DNA from: an uncultured Sphingomonadaceae bacterium
Lineage (GTDB): Bacteria; Pseudomonadota; Alphaproteobacteria; Sphingomonadales; Sphingomonadaceae
Length of the DNA: 64,000 nt
Direction: 5' to 3'
Assembly (NCBI GenBank): GCA_947504025.1
Contig: CANNFX010000001.1
Location: 1,329,302-1,393,301 of the forward strand
The notes under the pieces are model-generated. The model was not told the DNA's origin, ran no database searches, and saw only the letters and a list, made by a program, of their open reading frames with translations. Made by a program: the position numbers and the translations under genes. Below, piece by piece: positions 1-11,920 of the stretch (within the stretch, counting starts at the first letter, position 1; each line of letters begins with the position of its first letter).

Positions 1-222
1 CAGCCCCCAGCGCATTTCGGGCGAGGTCGCCTCGAACATGCCGAGCGAAACGCCAAAATTCTGCGCCCAGGTAAGATCGAAGAACGGAATCAGCTCGATC
101 GTGCCTTTTTCGCGTAAGGCGAGCGGGCCGAGCATCAATCCCTTGATGTATTGATCGAGTACAAAGATCAGCGCCGCCACCGCAAGGCCGATCAGGCGGG
201 CTTTGTTGAAGAGCTTGCTCAT
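1..222 (-). CDS. lspA: lipoprotein signal peptidase II, partial (C-terminus lies outside the window)
   Basis: Not in the ORF track because it runs off the window. My translation of the minus strand from ATG 220-222 gives MSKLFNKARLIGLAVAALIFVLDQYIKGLMLGPLALREKGTIELIPFFDLTWAQNFGVSLGMF. This shows an N-terminal TM helix, LDQxxK and an N-x-G-x-S pattern typical of LspA. The start overlaps the ileS stop (ATGA), and ileS-lspA synteny is classical. Confidence 0.75.
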   Translation of the reverse strand, partial: MSKLFNKARLIGLAVAALIFVLDQYIKGLMLGPLALREKGTIELIPFFDLTWAQNFGVSLGMFEATSPEMRWGL

Positions 223-3164
223 GCTGCGTCCAATGCGCTGACTACGCTGTCACAGCGGCCACAAAGCGCGCCGTCTTCGGGCACTTCGGGCAGCAGGCGC
301 CAGCAGCGACCGCATTTGCTATAGGATGTCCGCGCAATGCTCACCGCGTCCACCTGCCCGCGTGTGACTGACGCGGTGATGAACAGCTCGGCAAGATCTG
401 CATCGCTGAAGCCTTCTGGAACGGCGCTTTCGGGCACCACAACTTCGGCTTCGAGGCCGGAGCGGATGATTTTTTCGCGGCGCAGCGGTTCGATGGCTTC
501 GGTCACTTTTTCGCGAAGCGCACGCAAGTTAGCCCAGCGCGCGGGATCGGTTTCTACCGTGGGCACTTCTGGCCATTCCAAGAAATGTACGCTGCCTGCA
601 TCCGGGAAACGCGAATGCCATACTTCTTCGGAGGTAAAGACCAGAACCGGAGCAGCATAGCGGACCAGTGCGTGGAAAATGATGTTGATCACCGAGCGGT
701 TGGCCCGGCGCTTCATGCTTTCTGGCGCGTCGCAATAAAGGCCGTCCTTGCGGATGTCGAAATAGAAGGCGGAAAGGTCTTCCGCTGCAAATTCGGTCAA
801 TGCGCGGACATATGTGTTGAAGTCGAAATCATCGATCGCGCGCTTCAGCTTTGCGTCGAGCTCGCCAAGCAGCATGAGAACATAGCGTTCCAGTTCCGGC
901 ATTGCACTTTCGGGAAGCGGCTCGTCATCTGAAAAGCCCTCCAATGCGCCGAGCATATAGCGGAAGGTGTTGCGCAGTTTGCGGTACTGGTCGCCCACGC
1001 CCTTGAGGATTTCATCGCCGATGCGGTGATCTTCGGTGTAATCGACACTCAGCGCCCATAGGCGGATGATGTCTGCGCCATATTGCTCCATCACCTTCAG
1101 CGGATCGACCGTATTGCCCAGGCTCTTGGACATTTTCATGCCCTTGGGGTCCATCGTGAAGCCGTGGGTCAGCACTGCGTCATAGGGTGCGCGGCCGCGG
1201 GTGCCGCAGCTTTCGAGCAGACTAGACTGGAACCAGCCGCGATGCTGGTCGCTGCCTTCCAGATAGAGATCGGCGGGGGATTGGAGTTCGGGCCATTCGT
1301 CCGATTCGAGGACGAAGGCGTGGGTGCAACCGCTATCGAACCACACGTCGAGAATATCCGCGATCATTTCGTAATCGTCGGGGTCGCGCGGAAACTTCTC
1401 TTGCAGCATCACCCCTTCCATTGCAGCGGGATCGTCGCCAGCTTCATACCCGTTGAGGTAGAAGTAAGCACGGGCCTCGTCCCACGCATCCACGCCCTCG
1501 GTAGCCACAGCAGCGACAATTCGTGCGTTGACTTCCGTGTCGACCAGCAGCTGGCCTGTCTCGCGGTGCACGAACAAAGCAATCGGAACGCCCCATGCGC
1601 GCTGGCGGCTGATCAGCCAATCGGGACGGCCCTCGACCATCGAAGTCAGGCGGTTGCGGCCCTTTTCAGGGATGAAGCGCGTGTCGGAAATGGCCTTCAT
1701 GGCCGTTTCGCGCAGCGTGGCGTCGCTGGACAGCTGCTCGTCCATGCCGATGAACCATTGCGGGGTGCAGCGGTAAATCAGCTTGGCTTTGGAGCGCCAT
1801 GAATGCGGATAGGAATGCGCGTAATCGTCGGAGGCTGACAGCAATGCGCCTGCTTCGCGCAGGTCGGAGCAGATCGGGCCTTCGGATGAATTGAACGGCT
1901 TGTTGATCACGCTGCGGCGGCGCGCCTTGCCTTCGCCGTCAACGTCACCGGCGCCCAGCCACAGCCAGTCGTCGCGGTAACGCCCGTCACGCATCACAGC
2001 GAAGACCGGATCGATGCCATTGGCCTTACAAAGGTCGAAATCGTCCTCGCCGTGGTCGGGTGACATATGGACAAGGCCGGTGCCGCTATCGGTGGTGACG
2101 AAGTCACCCGCGAGCATCGGACGCGGCTTGGCATAGAACCCGCCGAGCTTGTGCATCGGGTGTACGGCTAAAGTATCGGCAAGTTGACGTCCTTCAAAAG
2201 TCTCCAACACCTTAAACCGCAGAAGGTTTTGATGATCGTTCTCGCGCATCCTTGTATTAAGAGAAGCAACCAAACTGGTCGCCACAATATACCGACGATT
2301 TTCAACCCAAATATCATCTTCCGCGTCGATGCGTTCTTCTTCTTGGATGAGAGCGTATTCAATTTCCGGCCCAAAAGCCAAAGCCTGATTCACCGGGATT
2401 GTCCAAGGTGTGGTCGTCCAAACTATTGCATGAACTTCGTGACCTAGCTCTCGAGATTTCTCAATTGTCCGGCAGTTCGGAGCATCAACAATCTCGAACG
2501 CCACATCGATCTGCGTCGAGACGATGTCCTCATACTCAACCTCAGCCTCGGCCAGCGCGGTTTCTTCCACCGCGCTCCACATAACCGGCTTTGATCCGCG
2601 ATAGAGCTGGCCGCTTTCGGCGAACTTCATTAGCTCGGCCACGATCTGCCCTTCGGCTTCGGGTCGCATGGTGAGGTATGGCTTGTCCCAGCGGCCACCG
2701 ATGCCGAGGCGTTTCAGCTGTTCGCGCTGCACATCGACCCATTTCTGGGCATAGGCGCGGCATTCGGCGCGGAATTCCTTGGGCTCAACCTCGTTCTTGT
2801 TACGCTTCTTCTTGCGGTAGAGTTCCTCCACCTTCCATTCGATCGGCAGGCCGTGGCAATCCCAGCCCGGCACATAGGGTGCATCCTTGCCCAGCAGCGT
2901 CTGTGTGCGGACGACGGTGTCTTTGAGCACATGGTTCAGCGCATGGCCGATATGCATGTCGCCATTGGCATAGGGCGGGCCGTCGTGAAGGATGAACTTC
3001 TCCCGCCCGGCGCGGGCCTTGCGCAGCTGCTCATACTGATCTGCCGCTTGCCAGCGCGCCAGAATGCCCGGTTCCTTCTGCGGAAGTCCGGCCTTCATCG
3101 GGAATGCGGTTTTCGGTAGGAAAACCGTGTCCTTGTAATCTCGCTTGGCTGTCTCGTCGGTCAT
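219..3164 (-). CDS. ileS: isoleucine--tRNA ligase
   Basis: 994-aa ORF with a HIGH-type motif (PPYANGDMHIGHALN), KMSKS (GMKMSKSLG), the editing-domain WTTTPWT motif and a C-terminal CGRCW...CGRCD zinc knuckle. Start placed at MTDETAKRDYK (M14 of the ORF), whose ATG overlaps the ribF stop. Confidence 0.95.
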   Translation of the reverse strand: MTDETAKRDYKDTVFLPKTAFPMKAGLPQKEPGILARWQAADQYEQLRKARAGREKFILHDGPPYANGDMHIGHALNHVLKDTVVRTQTLLGKDAPYVPGWDCHGLPIEWKVEELYRKKKRNKNEVEPKEFRAECRAYAQKWVDVQREQLKRLGIGGRWDKPYLTMRPEAEGQIVAELMKFAESGQLYRGSKPVMWSAVEETALAEAEVEYEDIVSTQIDVAFEIVDAPNCRTIEKSRELGHEVHAIVWTTTPWTIPVNQALAFGPEIEYALIQEEERIDAEDDIWVENRRYIVATSLVASLNTRMRENDHQNLLRFKVLETFEGRQLADTLAVHPMHKLGGFYAKPRPMLAGDFVTTDSGTGLVHMSPDHGEDDFDLCKANGIDPVFAVMRDGRYRDDWLWLGAGDVDGEGKARRRSVINKPFNSSEGPICSDLREAGALLSASDDYAHSYPHSWRSKAKLIYRCTPQWFIGMDEQLSSDATLRETAMKAISDTRFIPEKGRNRLTSMVEGRPDWLISRQRAWGVPIALFVHRETGQLLVDTEVNARIVAAVATEGVDAWDEARAYFYLNGYEAGDDPAAMEGVMLQEKFPRDPDDYEMIADILDVWFDSGCTHAFVLESDEWPELQSPADLYLEGSDQHRGWFQSSLLESCGTRGRAPYDAVLTHGFTMDPKGMKMSKSLGNTVDPLKVMEQYGADIIRLWALSVDYTEDHRIGDEILKGVGDQYRKLRNTFRYMLGALEGFSDDEPLPESAMPELERYVLMLLGELDAKLKRAIDDFDFNTYVRALTEFAAEDLSAFYFDIRKDGLYCDAPESMKRRANRSVINIIFHALVRYAAPVLVFTSEEVWHSRFPDAGSVHFLEWPEVPTVETDPARWANLRALREKVTEAIEPLRREKIIRSGLEAEVVVPESAVPEGFSDADLAELFITASVTRGQVDAVSIARTSYSKCGRCWRLLPEVPEDGALCGRCDSVVSALDAA

Positions 3165-4095
3165 ATGGTTTTGGCGCTTAGAAGCCTTCGCGCTTCGTCG
3201 CAATCCCGCTCCATCTGGGCGATCAAATCATCCAGCCCGTCGAACTTCGCTTCCGGGCGGATGAAGTGATGAAAAGCGACCTCGATTTCGCGGCCATACA
3301 GGTCGCCATCAAAGTCGAAGAAATAAGGTTCGAGCAATTCCTTGGGCGGATCGAATGTCGGGCGGATGCCGACATTGGCCGCGCCTTGCAGCACTTCGCC
3401 TGTATCCATGACCTCGCCCGTCACGGCGTAGATGCCGTATTTGGGGCGCAGATAATGTTCGAGCGCAATGTTGGCGGTGGGATAGCCGATGGTGCGGCCA
3501 ACTTTGTCACCGTGCTGGACAATACCGCGAATGGTGAAGGGGCGGGTTAGCAGGCGCGCAGCCTCCTGCGGATCGCCCGCACGCAAGGCATCGCGGATGC
3601 GGCTGGAGGAGATGACTTCTTCTTCCGCGTTCACCGGTCGGGTGGCGCGGGCCTCAATACCATGGGCCTTGCCGACATCGCGGAGCACGTCGCGGTTGCC
3701 GCCGCGGGCCTTGCCGAAAGTGAAATCCTCGCCGGTAACGACGCCCGCCGCGCCGAATCGCTTCGCCAGCAGTTCGCCGATGAAATCTTCTGCCGTGGTG
3801 CTGGCCAGCTCGTCGCCGAAATGGAACACCAGCATGGCTGCTGCGCCCGCTTCGCCGAATAGCTCCTGCCGCTGGTCCAGCGTCGTCAGGCGGAAGGGCG
3901 GAACATCGGGCGCGAAATGACGCACCGGATGCGGATCGAAGGTGGCGATGATCGCGGGACGACCTTCTGCGCGTGCCCATTCCACCGTTTCGCGCACCAC
4001 AGCCTGATGGCCGAGGTGGAACCCGTCAAAATTGCCCAGAGCGACGATGGCCCCGCGCAAGGGCTCCGGCACTGGCTGGCGGTGGTCGAGACGGA

Positions 4096-4099
<4 letters not shown>
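3161..4099 (-). CDS. ribF: bifunctional riboflavin kinase / FMN adenylyltransferase
   Basis: 312 aa. The N-terminal GNFDGFHLGHQ nucleotidyltransferase motif and the C-terminal riboflavin kinase region (GYPTANI...GVRPTF) are present. Coupled to ileS, the usual synteny. Confidence 0.93.
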
Positions 4100-6852
<2,753 letters not shown>

Positions 6853-6853
<1 letters not shown>

Positions 6854-7338
6854 TAGTCGGTCGGATGCTCTGCAACGGCTTCGCTGCGTGCCTTGCGCCA
6901 ATCCTGCAAGCGCTGGCGCAAGCCGTCATCATGCAAAGCCACGATCGACGCCGCCAGCAAGCCGGCGTTGGTCGCGCCCGCTTCGCCAATGGCCAGCGTG
7001 CCGGTGGGCACGCCTGCCGGCATCTGGACGATAGAAAGCAAGCTATCGAGGCCCGAAAGCGCCTTCGATTTCACGGGCACGCCCAGCACCGGAAGATGCG
7101 TCATCGCCGCGATCATACCGGGCAGATGGGCCGCGCCGCCTGCGCCCGCGATGATGACGTCAAACCCTTCGGTCTCAGCGCCCTTGGCGAAGTCGACCAT
7201 CCGATCAGGCGTGCGGTGTGCTGAGACAATCCGCGCCTCATGCTCGATGCCCAGTTCGCCCAGAACATCGGCGGCGCATTTCATGGTCGGCCAGTCCGAC
7301 TGGCTACCCATCACAATTGCGATCTTGCCCCCAGCCAT
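6853..7338 (-). CDS. purE: N5-carboxyaminoimidazole ribonucleotide mutase
   Basis: 161 aa with [19 protein letters not shown] and [10 protein letters not shown], the hallmark PurE motifs. Confidence 0.93.
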
Positions 7339-7340
7339 AG

Positions 7341-8027
7341 TTAGCTGTCCTTCAAATAGTAACGTTCGCCCGGCACCATCTGGTCGTCGAATTCATAGAT
7401 AATCGGTTGGCCGGTAGGAATTTCTAGGCCTGTAATGTCATCGTCAGAAATGCCTGACAGATGTTTCACCAAAGCGCGCAGACTGTTGCCATGGGCGGAG
7501 ATGATCACCGTCTCGCCGCTTGCGAGCACTGGCATAATGTCGCTCTGGAAATAGGGCAGCACCCGCTCGATGGTCAGTTTCAGGCTCTCGGTACTGGGAA
7601 TATCGATCCCGGCATAACGCGGATCGCCGCGCATATCGTAATCGTGACCCGGTTCCATTTCGGGCGGCGGCGTGTCGTAGCTGCGGCGCCAGATATGGAC
7701 CTGCTCGTCGCCGTGCTTTTCGCGGGTTTCCTGTTTGTTGAGGCCGGTCAGACCGCCGTAGTGGCGCTCGTTCAAACGCCAGTCCTTGATTTCCGGCACC
7801 CACAGGCGCCCGGCTGCTTCCATCGCCAGATGCAGCGTCTTGATCGCGCGGGTCTGGAGCGAGGTGAAGGCCCGGGTTGGTTCTAATCCCTTTTCAGCGA
7901 GCAGCTCACCAGCTGCAATCGCCTCTTCAATGCCCTTCTCGGTGAGATCGACATCCCACCATCCGGTGAAGCGGTTTTCCAGGTTCCACTGGCTCTGGCC
8001 GTGGCGGACTAGGATCAAGGTTGGCAA
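7341..8027 (-). CDS. gpmA: 2,3-bisphosphoglycerate-dependent phosphoglycerate mutase
   Basis: 228 aa. [20 protein letters not shown] carries the catalytic His motif, and [10 protein letters not shown] carries the second His. Confidence 0.93.
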   Translation of the reverse strand: MPTLILVRHGQSQWNLENRFTGWWDVDLTEKGIEEAIAAGELLAEKGLEPTRAFTSLQTRAIKTLHLAMEAAGRLWVPEIKDWRLNERHYGGLTGLNKQETREKHGDEQVHIWRRSYDTPPPEMEPGHDYDMRGDPRYAGIDIPSTESLKLTIERVLPYFQSDIMPVLASGETVIISAHGNSLRALVKHLSGISDDDITGLEIPTGQPIIYEFDDQMVPGERYYLKDS

Positions 8028-8063
8028 AGTATGATGCTCCCGAGCAATTCAGAGCGCCGTTCG

Positions 8064-8210
8064 TTAGCTTTCAGAGACGCCCTTGGCTAGCTTCTCTTTA
8101 CCCGGCTCGCCCTCAATTTCGCGCGCTTGTGTCTTGCGGCGTCGCAGGTTCTCACGCAGTTTTGCGGCGAGGCGTTCTTCACGGGTCATTTCTTGCTTGT
8201 CATCAGGCAT
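8064..8210 (-). CDS. hypothetical small charged protein (48 aa)
   Basis: This is the only open frame in the 320-nt gap between gpmA and tRNA-Thr: MPDDKQEMTREERLAAKLRENLRRRKTQAREIEGEPGKEKLAKGVSES. No clear Shine-Dalgarno sequence. The call rests on the open frame and a coiled, charged composition only. Confidence 0.35.
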   Translation of the reverse strand: MPDDKQEMTREERLAAKLRENLRRRKTQAREIEGEPGKEKLAKGVSES

Positions 8211-8347
8211 GATGCGTAGCCGATGCAGCAGCCCGCATTGCTTGACAAGCACGGATCATGCAGCAATAGCGCGCCCCTGTTGATGTCGGCCTCGTAACGA
8301 AGCCCTGATACGACGGAATCTTGCGAAATATCGCACGGAAATGGTGT

Positions 8348-8422
8348 GCCGCGGTAGCTCAGTGGTAGAGCGCACCCTTGGTAAGGGTGAGGCCGAGAGT
8401 TCAATTCTCTCTCGTGGCACCA
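8348..8422 (+). tRNA. tRNA-Thr (anticodon GGU)
   Basis: Hand-folded cloverleaf. Acceptor GCCGCGG/TCGTGGC (two G-U pairs), D arm AGCTCAGTGGTAGAGC, anticodon stem CACCC/GGGTG with loop TTGGTAA, T arm GAGAG-TTCAATT-CTCTC, encoded CCA. Confidence 0.92.
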
Positions 8423-8498
8423 TTTCCCCAAATCCCGACTCGCAAAAGCTCTTCCGCCCACTCTTCCATCGGGCGTAATTCCCGCTACGCTGGCGCTC

Positions 8499-9659
8499 AT
8501 GGATTTTACCCTCACCGATCAGCAGCAAGAGCTGCAGGATGCCGCCCGCCGATTCGCCCGCGCCGAGCTGCCCGAACTCGCCCGCGAGTTGGAGGCAACG
8601 GACACGCCTGTTCCGCATGATATGCTGCGAAAATATGGCGAAATGGGCTTTCTGGGCGTAAATCTGCCCGAGGAATATGGAGGGCTTGGCCTTGGTCATC
8701 TCGAGGCTTTGCTGGTGCTCGAAGAATTCGCCAAAATCTCCGTCGCGGTCGCGTTCCCGGTGTTCGAGGCGCTGACGGGCCCTGTTCGTACCGTGCAGCA
8801 TTTCGCCTCGGACGAACTCAAGGCCGAAATTATCCCGCAGGTCATTCGCGGCGAGAAGATTGTGGCGGTTTCGATGTCGGAACCCAACGCCGGCACGGCG
8901 CTAACCGATCTCACCACCAGTGCGGCAATCGATGGCGATGAGATCGTGATCAGCGGCCAGAAACGTTGGACCTCCGGTGCGGGGCATTCCGACTATTATA
9001 TTACTTATTGCCGATTTGACGGCGAGCAGGGCGCCAAAGGCATCGGCGCAGTGATGGTCGAGAAGACCCGCGACGGCATCAGCTTCGGCCAGCCTGAAGA
9101 GATGATGGGTTTTCGCGGAATTCCCTCCGCCGATATCTTCCTCGACGAGGTACGCGTGCCTAAGGGCAATTTGATCGTCGAGAAGGGCGGTTTCGGGAGG
9201 CTTATGACGGTGTTCGGTCTGGAGCGTTGCGGCAATGCCACAATGGGTCTCGGCATCGCGGCTGCAGCTGTCGACGATGTCGTTGCTTACACGCAGGAAC
9301 GTGAAGCATTCGGCAAACCCATCGCCGATTTCCAGGGCGTGCAGATCAAGCTCGCGGAAATGGCTATGAAGGTCGAGGCAGCACGCCTCTTGATCCACCG
9401 CGCGGCTGTCGCAGCCGGAGACGGCCTGCCCGGCGTTTACGAAAGCTCGGTCGCCAAATGCTATTCCAACGAAATGGTCCGAGAAGTCACTGCTAATGGA
9501 ATGCAGCTGATGGGCGGATATGGCTATTCAAAGGAATATCCGATGGAACAGCGTGTGCGTGACGGTTTTGCGTGGGGTATCGCGGGCGGCACTACCGATG
9601 TGCAGAAAACCAACATCGCTGCCTCGCTGGTTGGCCGCCGGTTCAATCAGCGGACTTAA
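8499..9659 (+). CDS. acyl-CoA dehydrogenase family protein
   Basis: 386 aa. Typical ACAD layout with MSEPNAGTA, QKRWTSGAG and a C-terminal region ending IAGGTTDVQKTNIA. Confidence 0.9.
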   Translation: MDFTLTDQQQELQDAARRFARAELPELARELEATDTPVPHDMLRKYGEMGFLGVNLPEEYGGLGLGHLEALLVLEEFAKISVAVAFPVFEALTGPVRTVQHFASDELKAEIIPQVIRGEKIVAVSMSEPNAGTALTDLTTSAAIDGDEIVISGQKRWTSGAGHSDYYITYCRFDGEQGAKGIGAVMVEKTRDGISFGQPEEMMGFRGIPSADIFLDEVRVPKGNLIVEKGGFGRLMTVFGLERCGNATMGLGIAAAAVDDVVAYTQEREAFGKPIADFQGVQIKLAEMAMKVEAARLLIHRAAVAAGDGLPGVYESSVAKCYSNEMVREVTANGMQLMGGYGYSKEYPMEQRVRDGFAWGIAGGTTDVQKTNIAASLVGRRFNQRT

Positions 9660-9946
9660 GCGAGCAGGTCAGCCCAATCGGGGTTCCGTTTGAATTTCGC
9701 CGCAACATAGCTGCATTGTGGGTCAATCTTGAAGCCTTGGTTGCGTGCATCTGCTATCAGAGCCTCAACCAGCCTTGCTGCCACACCTCGTCCGCCGATT
9801 GCGGGTGGAACGACGGTATGATCAGCAATGCGGACATTGCCGCGCGCCTTCCAAGTCAGTTTGCCGGTCTCTTCTGCTCCCGCGACTTCCGCGGTGTATT
9901 TGCCGCTTGTTTCGTTGCCTTCGTGGGTGATTGTGACTTCGGTCAA
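9656..9946 (-). CDS. small GNAT-family N-acetyltransferase (YjdJ-like)
   Basis: The C-terminal part (VPPAIGGRGVAARLVEALIADARNQGFKIDPQCSYV) matches the single-domain GNAT/YjdJ type. Start assigned to the TTG at 9944-9946, preceded by GAAGGAG. The longer ORF-track start at 10015 would overlap ltaE. Confidence 0.7.
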   Translation of the reverse strand: MTEVTITHEGNETSGKYTAEVAGAEETGKLTWKARGNVRIADHTVVPPAIGGRGVAARLVEALIADARNQGFKIDPQCSYVAAKFKRNPDWADLLA

Positions 9947-9995
9947 TTGACGTCTCCTTCTTGCCAACAACGCAGGTCGCAGTAATGCCGTTCCC

Positions 9996-10997
9996 ATGCA
10001 GTTTCTTTCCGACAATCAGGCCGCCGTTCACCCCAAAGTATGGGAAGCGATGCGTGCCGCCGATGCCGCCGACACACCTTACGATGGTGATGTGATCTCG
10101 CAATCACTGGATCAGGCATTTGGCGAAGTGTTCGGGCGAGAGTGCACCGTGCTGTGGGTGGCAACTGGCACAGCGGCCAATTGTCTCGCGCTTGGCACGA
10201 TGGTTCCTCCGCATGGCGGCGTGATCTGTCACCGCGAGGCGCATATCGAAATGGACGAAGCGGGTGCTCCCGGCTTCTATCTTCATGGCGCAAAACTGAT
10301 GCTTGCCGATGGGGAAAGCGCCAAGCTGACGCCTGAAGGCATTGCAGCCGTGGCTGACCCGATCCGTGATGATGTGCATCAGGTACAACCACATGCGATC
10401 TCGATCACGCAGGCCAGTGAATATGGCTGCGCTTATCGACCTGCAGAAGTGGCGGCTATCGGCGATCTCGCTCGCGCTCGCGGGCTCAAACTGCATATGG
10501 ACGGGGCGCGGTTCGCCAATGCGACTGCGTTTCTGAGTTGCCCACCTGCTGAGGCAAGCTGTGCCGGCGGGGTCGATGCGCTTTCGTTTGGCTGCGTGAA
10601 AAACGGTGCGATGAGCGCCGAGGCCGTTGTATTTTTTGATCAAGAACTTGCGGCCACGGCATTCTATCGCCGCAAGCGCGCGGGACATTTGCAATCGAAG
10701 GGGCGTTTCCTCGCCGCGCAATTGCTGGCGATGTTGGAGGATGATCTTTGGCTCAGTAACGCTCGTCACGCCAATGCCGCAGCGCAGGAAATTGTCGCTT
10801 CGGCAAAGGATCGTTTGATGCATCCGGTGGAGGCAAATGAGATATTTCTGCGCTGCACCGCTGGTGAGCGGGATGCGCTTAGCCAACAAGGGTTCGGTTT
10901 CTACGACTGGGGCGATGATGCCGCACGGTTTGTGACGGCTTGGAACAGCGATGAAACCGCCGTGGCCCGGCTCGGTCAGGCAATCGCCGGATTATGA
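9996..10997 (+). CDS. ltaE: low-specificity L-threonine aldolase (beta-eliminating lyase family, PLP-dependent)
   Basis: 333 aa. FLSDN at the N-terminus, GTAANCLAL, and HMDGARFANA followed by the lysine region (SFGCVKNGAM) are typical of threonine aldolases. Confidence 0.8.
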   Translation: MQFLSDNQAAVHPKVWEAMRAADAADTPYDGDVISQSLDQAFGEVFGRECTVLWVATGTAANCLALGTMVPPHGGVICHREAHIEMDEAGAPGFYLHGAKLMLADGESAKLTPEGIAAVADPIRDDVHQVQPHAISITQASEYGCAYRPAEVAAIGDLARARGLKLHMDGARFANATAFLSCPPAEASCAGGVDALSFGCVKNGAMSAEAVVFFDQELAATAFYRRKRAGHLQSKGRFLAAQLLAMLEDDLWLSNARHANAAAQEIVASAKDRLMHPVEANEIFLRCTAGERDALSQQGFGFYDWGDDAARFVTAWNSDETAVARLGQAIAGL

Positions 10998-11920
10998 GCG
11001 AAGCCGCACCGAAGCATGCGCTTCTCCGACCGGGCATCGTCATCCCGTTTCTGCTGGTTGCGGTAATCTGGGGTTCGACCTGGCTGGTTATCAAAGATCA
11101 GCTCGGGGATGTCGCGCCGAGTTGGTCGATCACATACCGTTTTGTGATCGCGACACTTGCCATGTTCATCTTCGCCAAGTTTCGCGGCTTCTCCTTGAAG
11201 CTGGGAACGCAGGGCCAGATACTTGCTGTGGCTGTCGGCATCGCTCAGTTCTGCGGCAACTTCAACTTTGTCTATCGGGCAGAGATTTATCTGACGTCCG
11301 GCATCGTCGCGGTGGTTTTCGGCTTGCTAATGGTGCCTAATGCGATCTTCGGGCGGTTGCTGCTTGGCCAGCCGATTACGGGGCGCTTCTTCTTGGGTAG
11401 TCTCGTGGCAGTGGCAGGCATTTCGATGCTGATGCTTCACGAATCACGAATCGCTCCGATCGAAGGAGCCATTGGCATTGGTATTCCGTTGGTAATCGGC
11501 GGGATGCTCTCAGCGTCCATCGCCAATGTCATTCAGGCCGGTAAGGTTGGAAAGACAGTCCCGCTGGTTAGCCTGCTCGCTTGGGCGATGCTTTATGGCA
11601 CGATAGCCGATGCCGCTTTGGCGTGGTGGACTGCCGGTCCGCCGACGTTTGACATGCGGCCGCAATATGGGATGGGCGTTGCCTATCTGGCATTATTCGG
11701 ATCGGTCGTAACCTTTCCGCTATATTACAAATTGGTCCGTGAAATCGGGGCAGGCCGGGCGGCCTATAATGGAGTCGTCGTCGTGATCGTGGCGATGGTG
11801 CTGTCCACGCTGTTTGAAGGTTACGTTTGGTCGCCTTTGGCTGCGTTAGGTTCCGCCCTGGCGCTTTCCGGAATGGTCATCGCTTTGAGAGCGCGCAGTC
11901 CGGTAGCGAAGTCGGGATAG
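10994..11920 (+). CDS. EamA/DMT-family transporter
   Basis: 308 aa with about 10 hydrophobic segments and a duplicated EamA-like organisation (WGSTWLVIK near the N-terminus). ATGA overlap with ltaE. Confidence 0.85.
   Translation: MSEAAPKHALLRPGIVIPFLLVAVIWGSTWLVIKDQLGDVAPSWSITYRFVIATLAMFIFAKFRGFSLKLGTQGQILAVAVGIAQFCGNFNFVYRAEIYLTSGIVAVVFGLLMVPNAIFGRLLLGQPITGRFFLGSLVAVAGISMLMLHESRIAPIEGAIGIGIPLVIGGMLSASIANVIQAGKVGKTVPLVSLLAWAMLYGTIADAALAWWTAGPPTFDMRPQYGMGVAYLALFGSVVTFPLYYKLVREIGAGRAAYNGVVVVIVAMVLSTLFEGYVWSPLAALGSALALSGMVIALRARSPVAKSG

Noticed and set aside
8186-8801. Minus-strand ORFs 8186-8515 and 8256-8801
   Set aside because: They overlap tRNA-Thr and the 5' end of the well-supported acyl-CoA dehydrogenase gene. 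The translations are low-complexity and Arg-rich, typical of wrong-frame high-GC ORFs.
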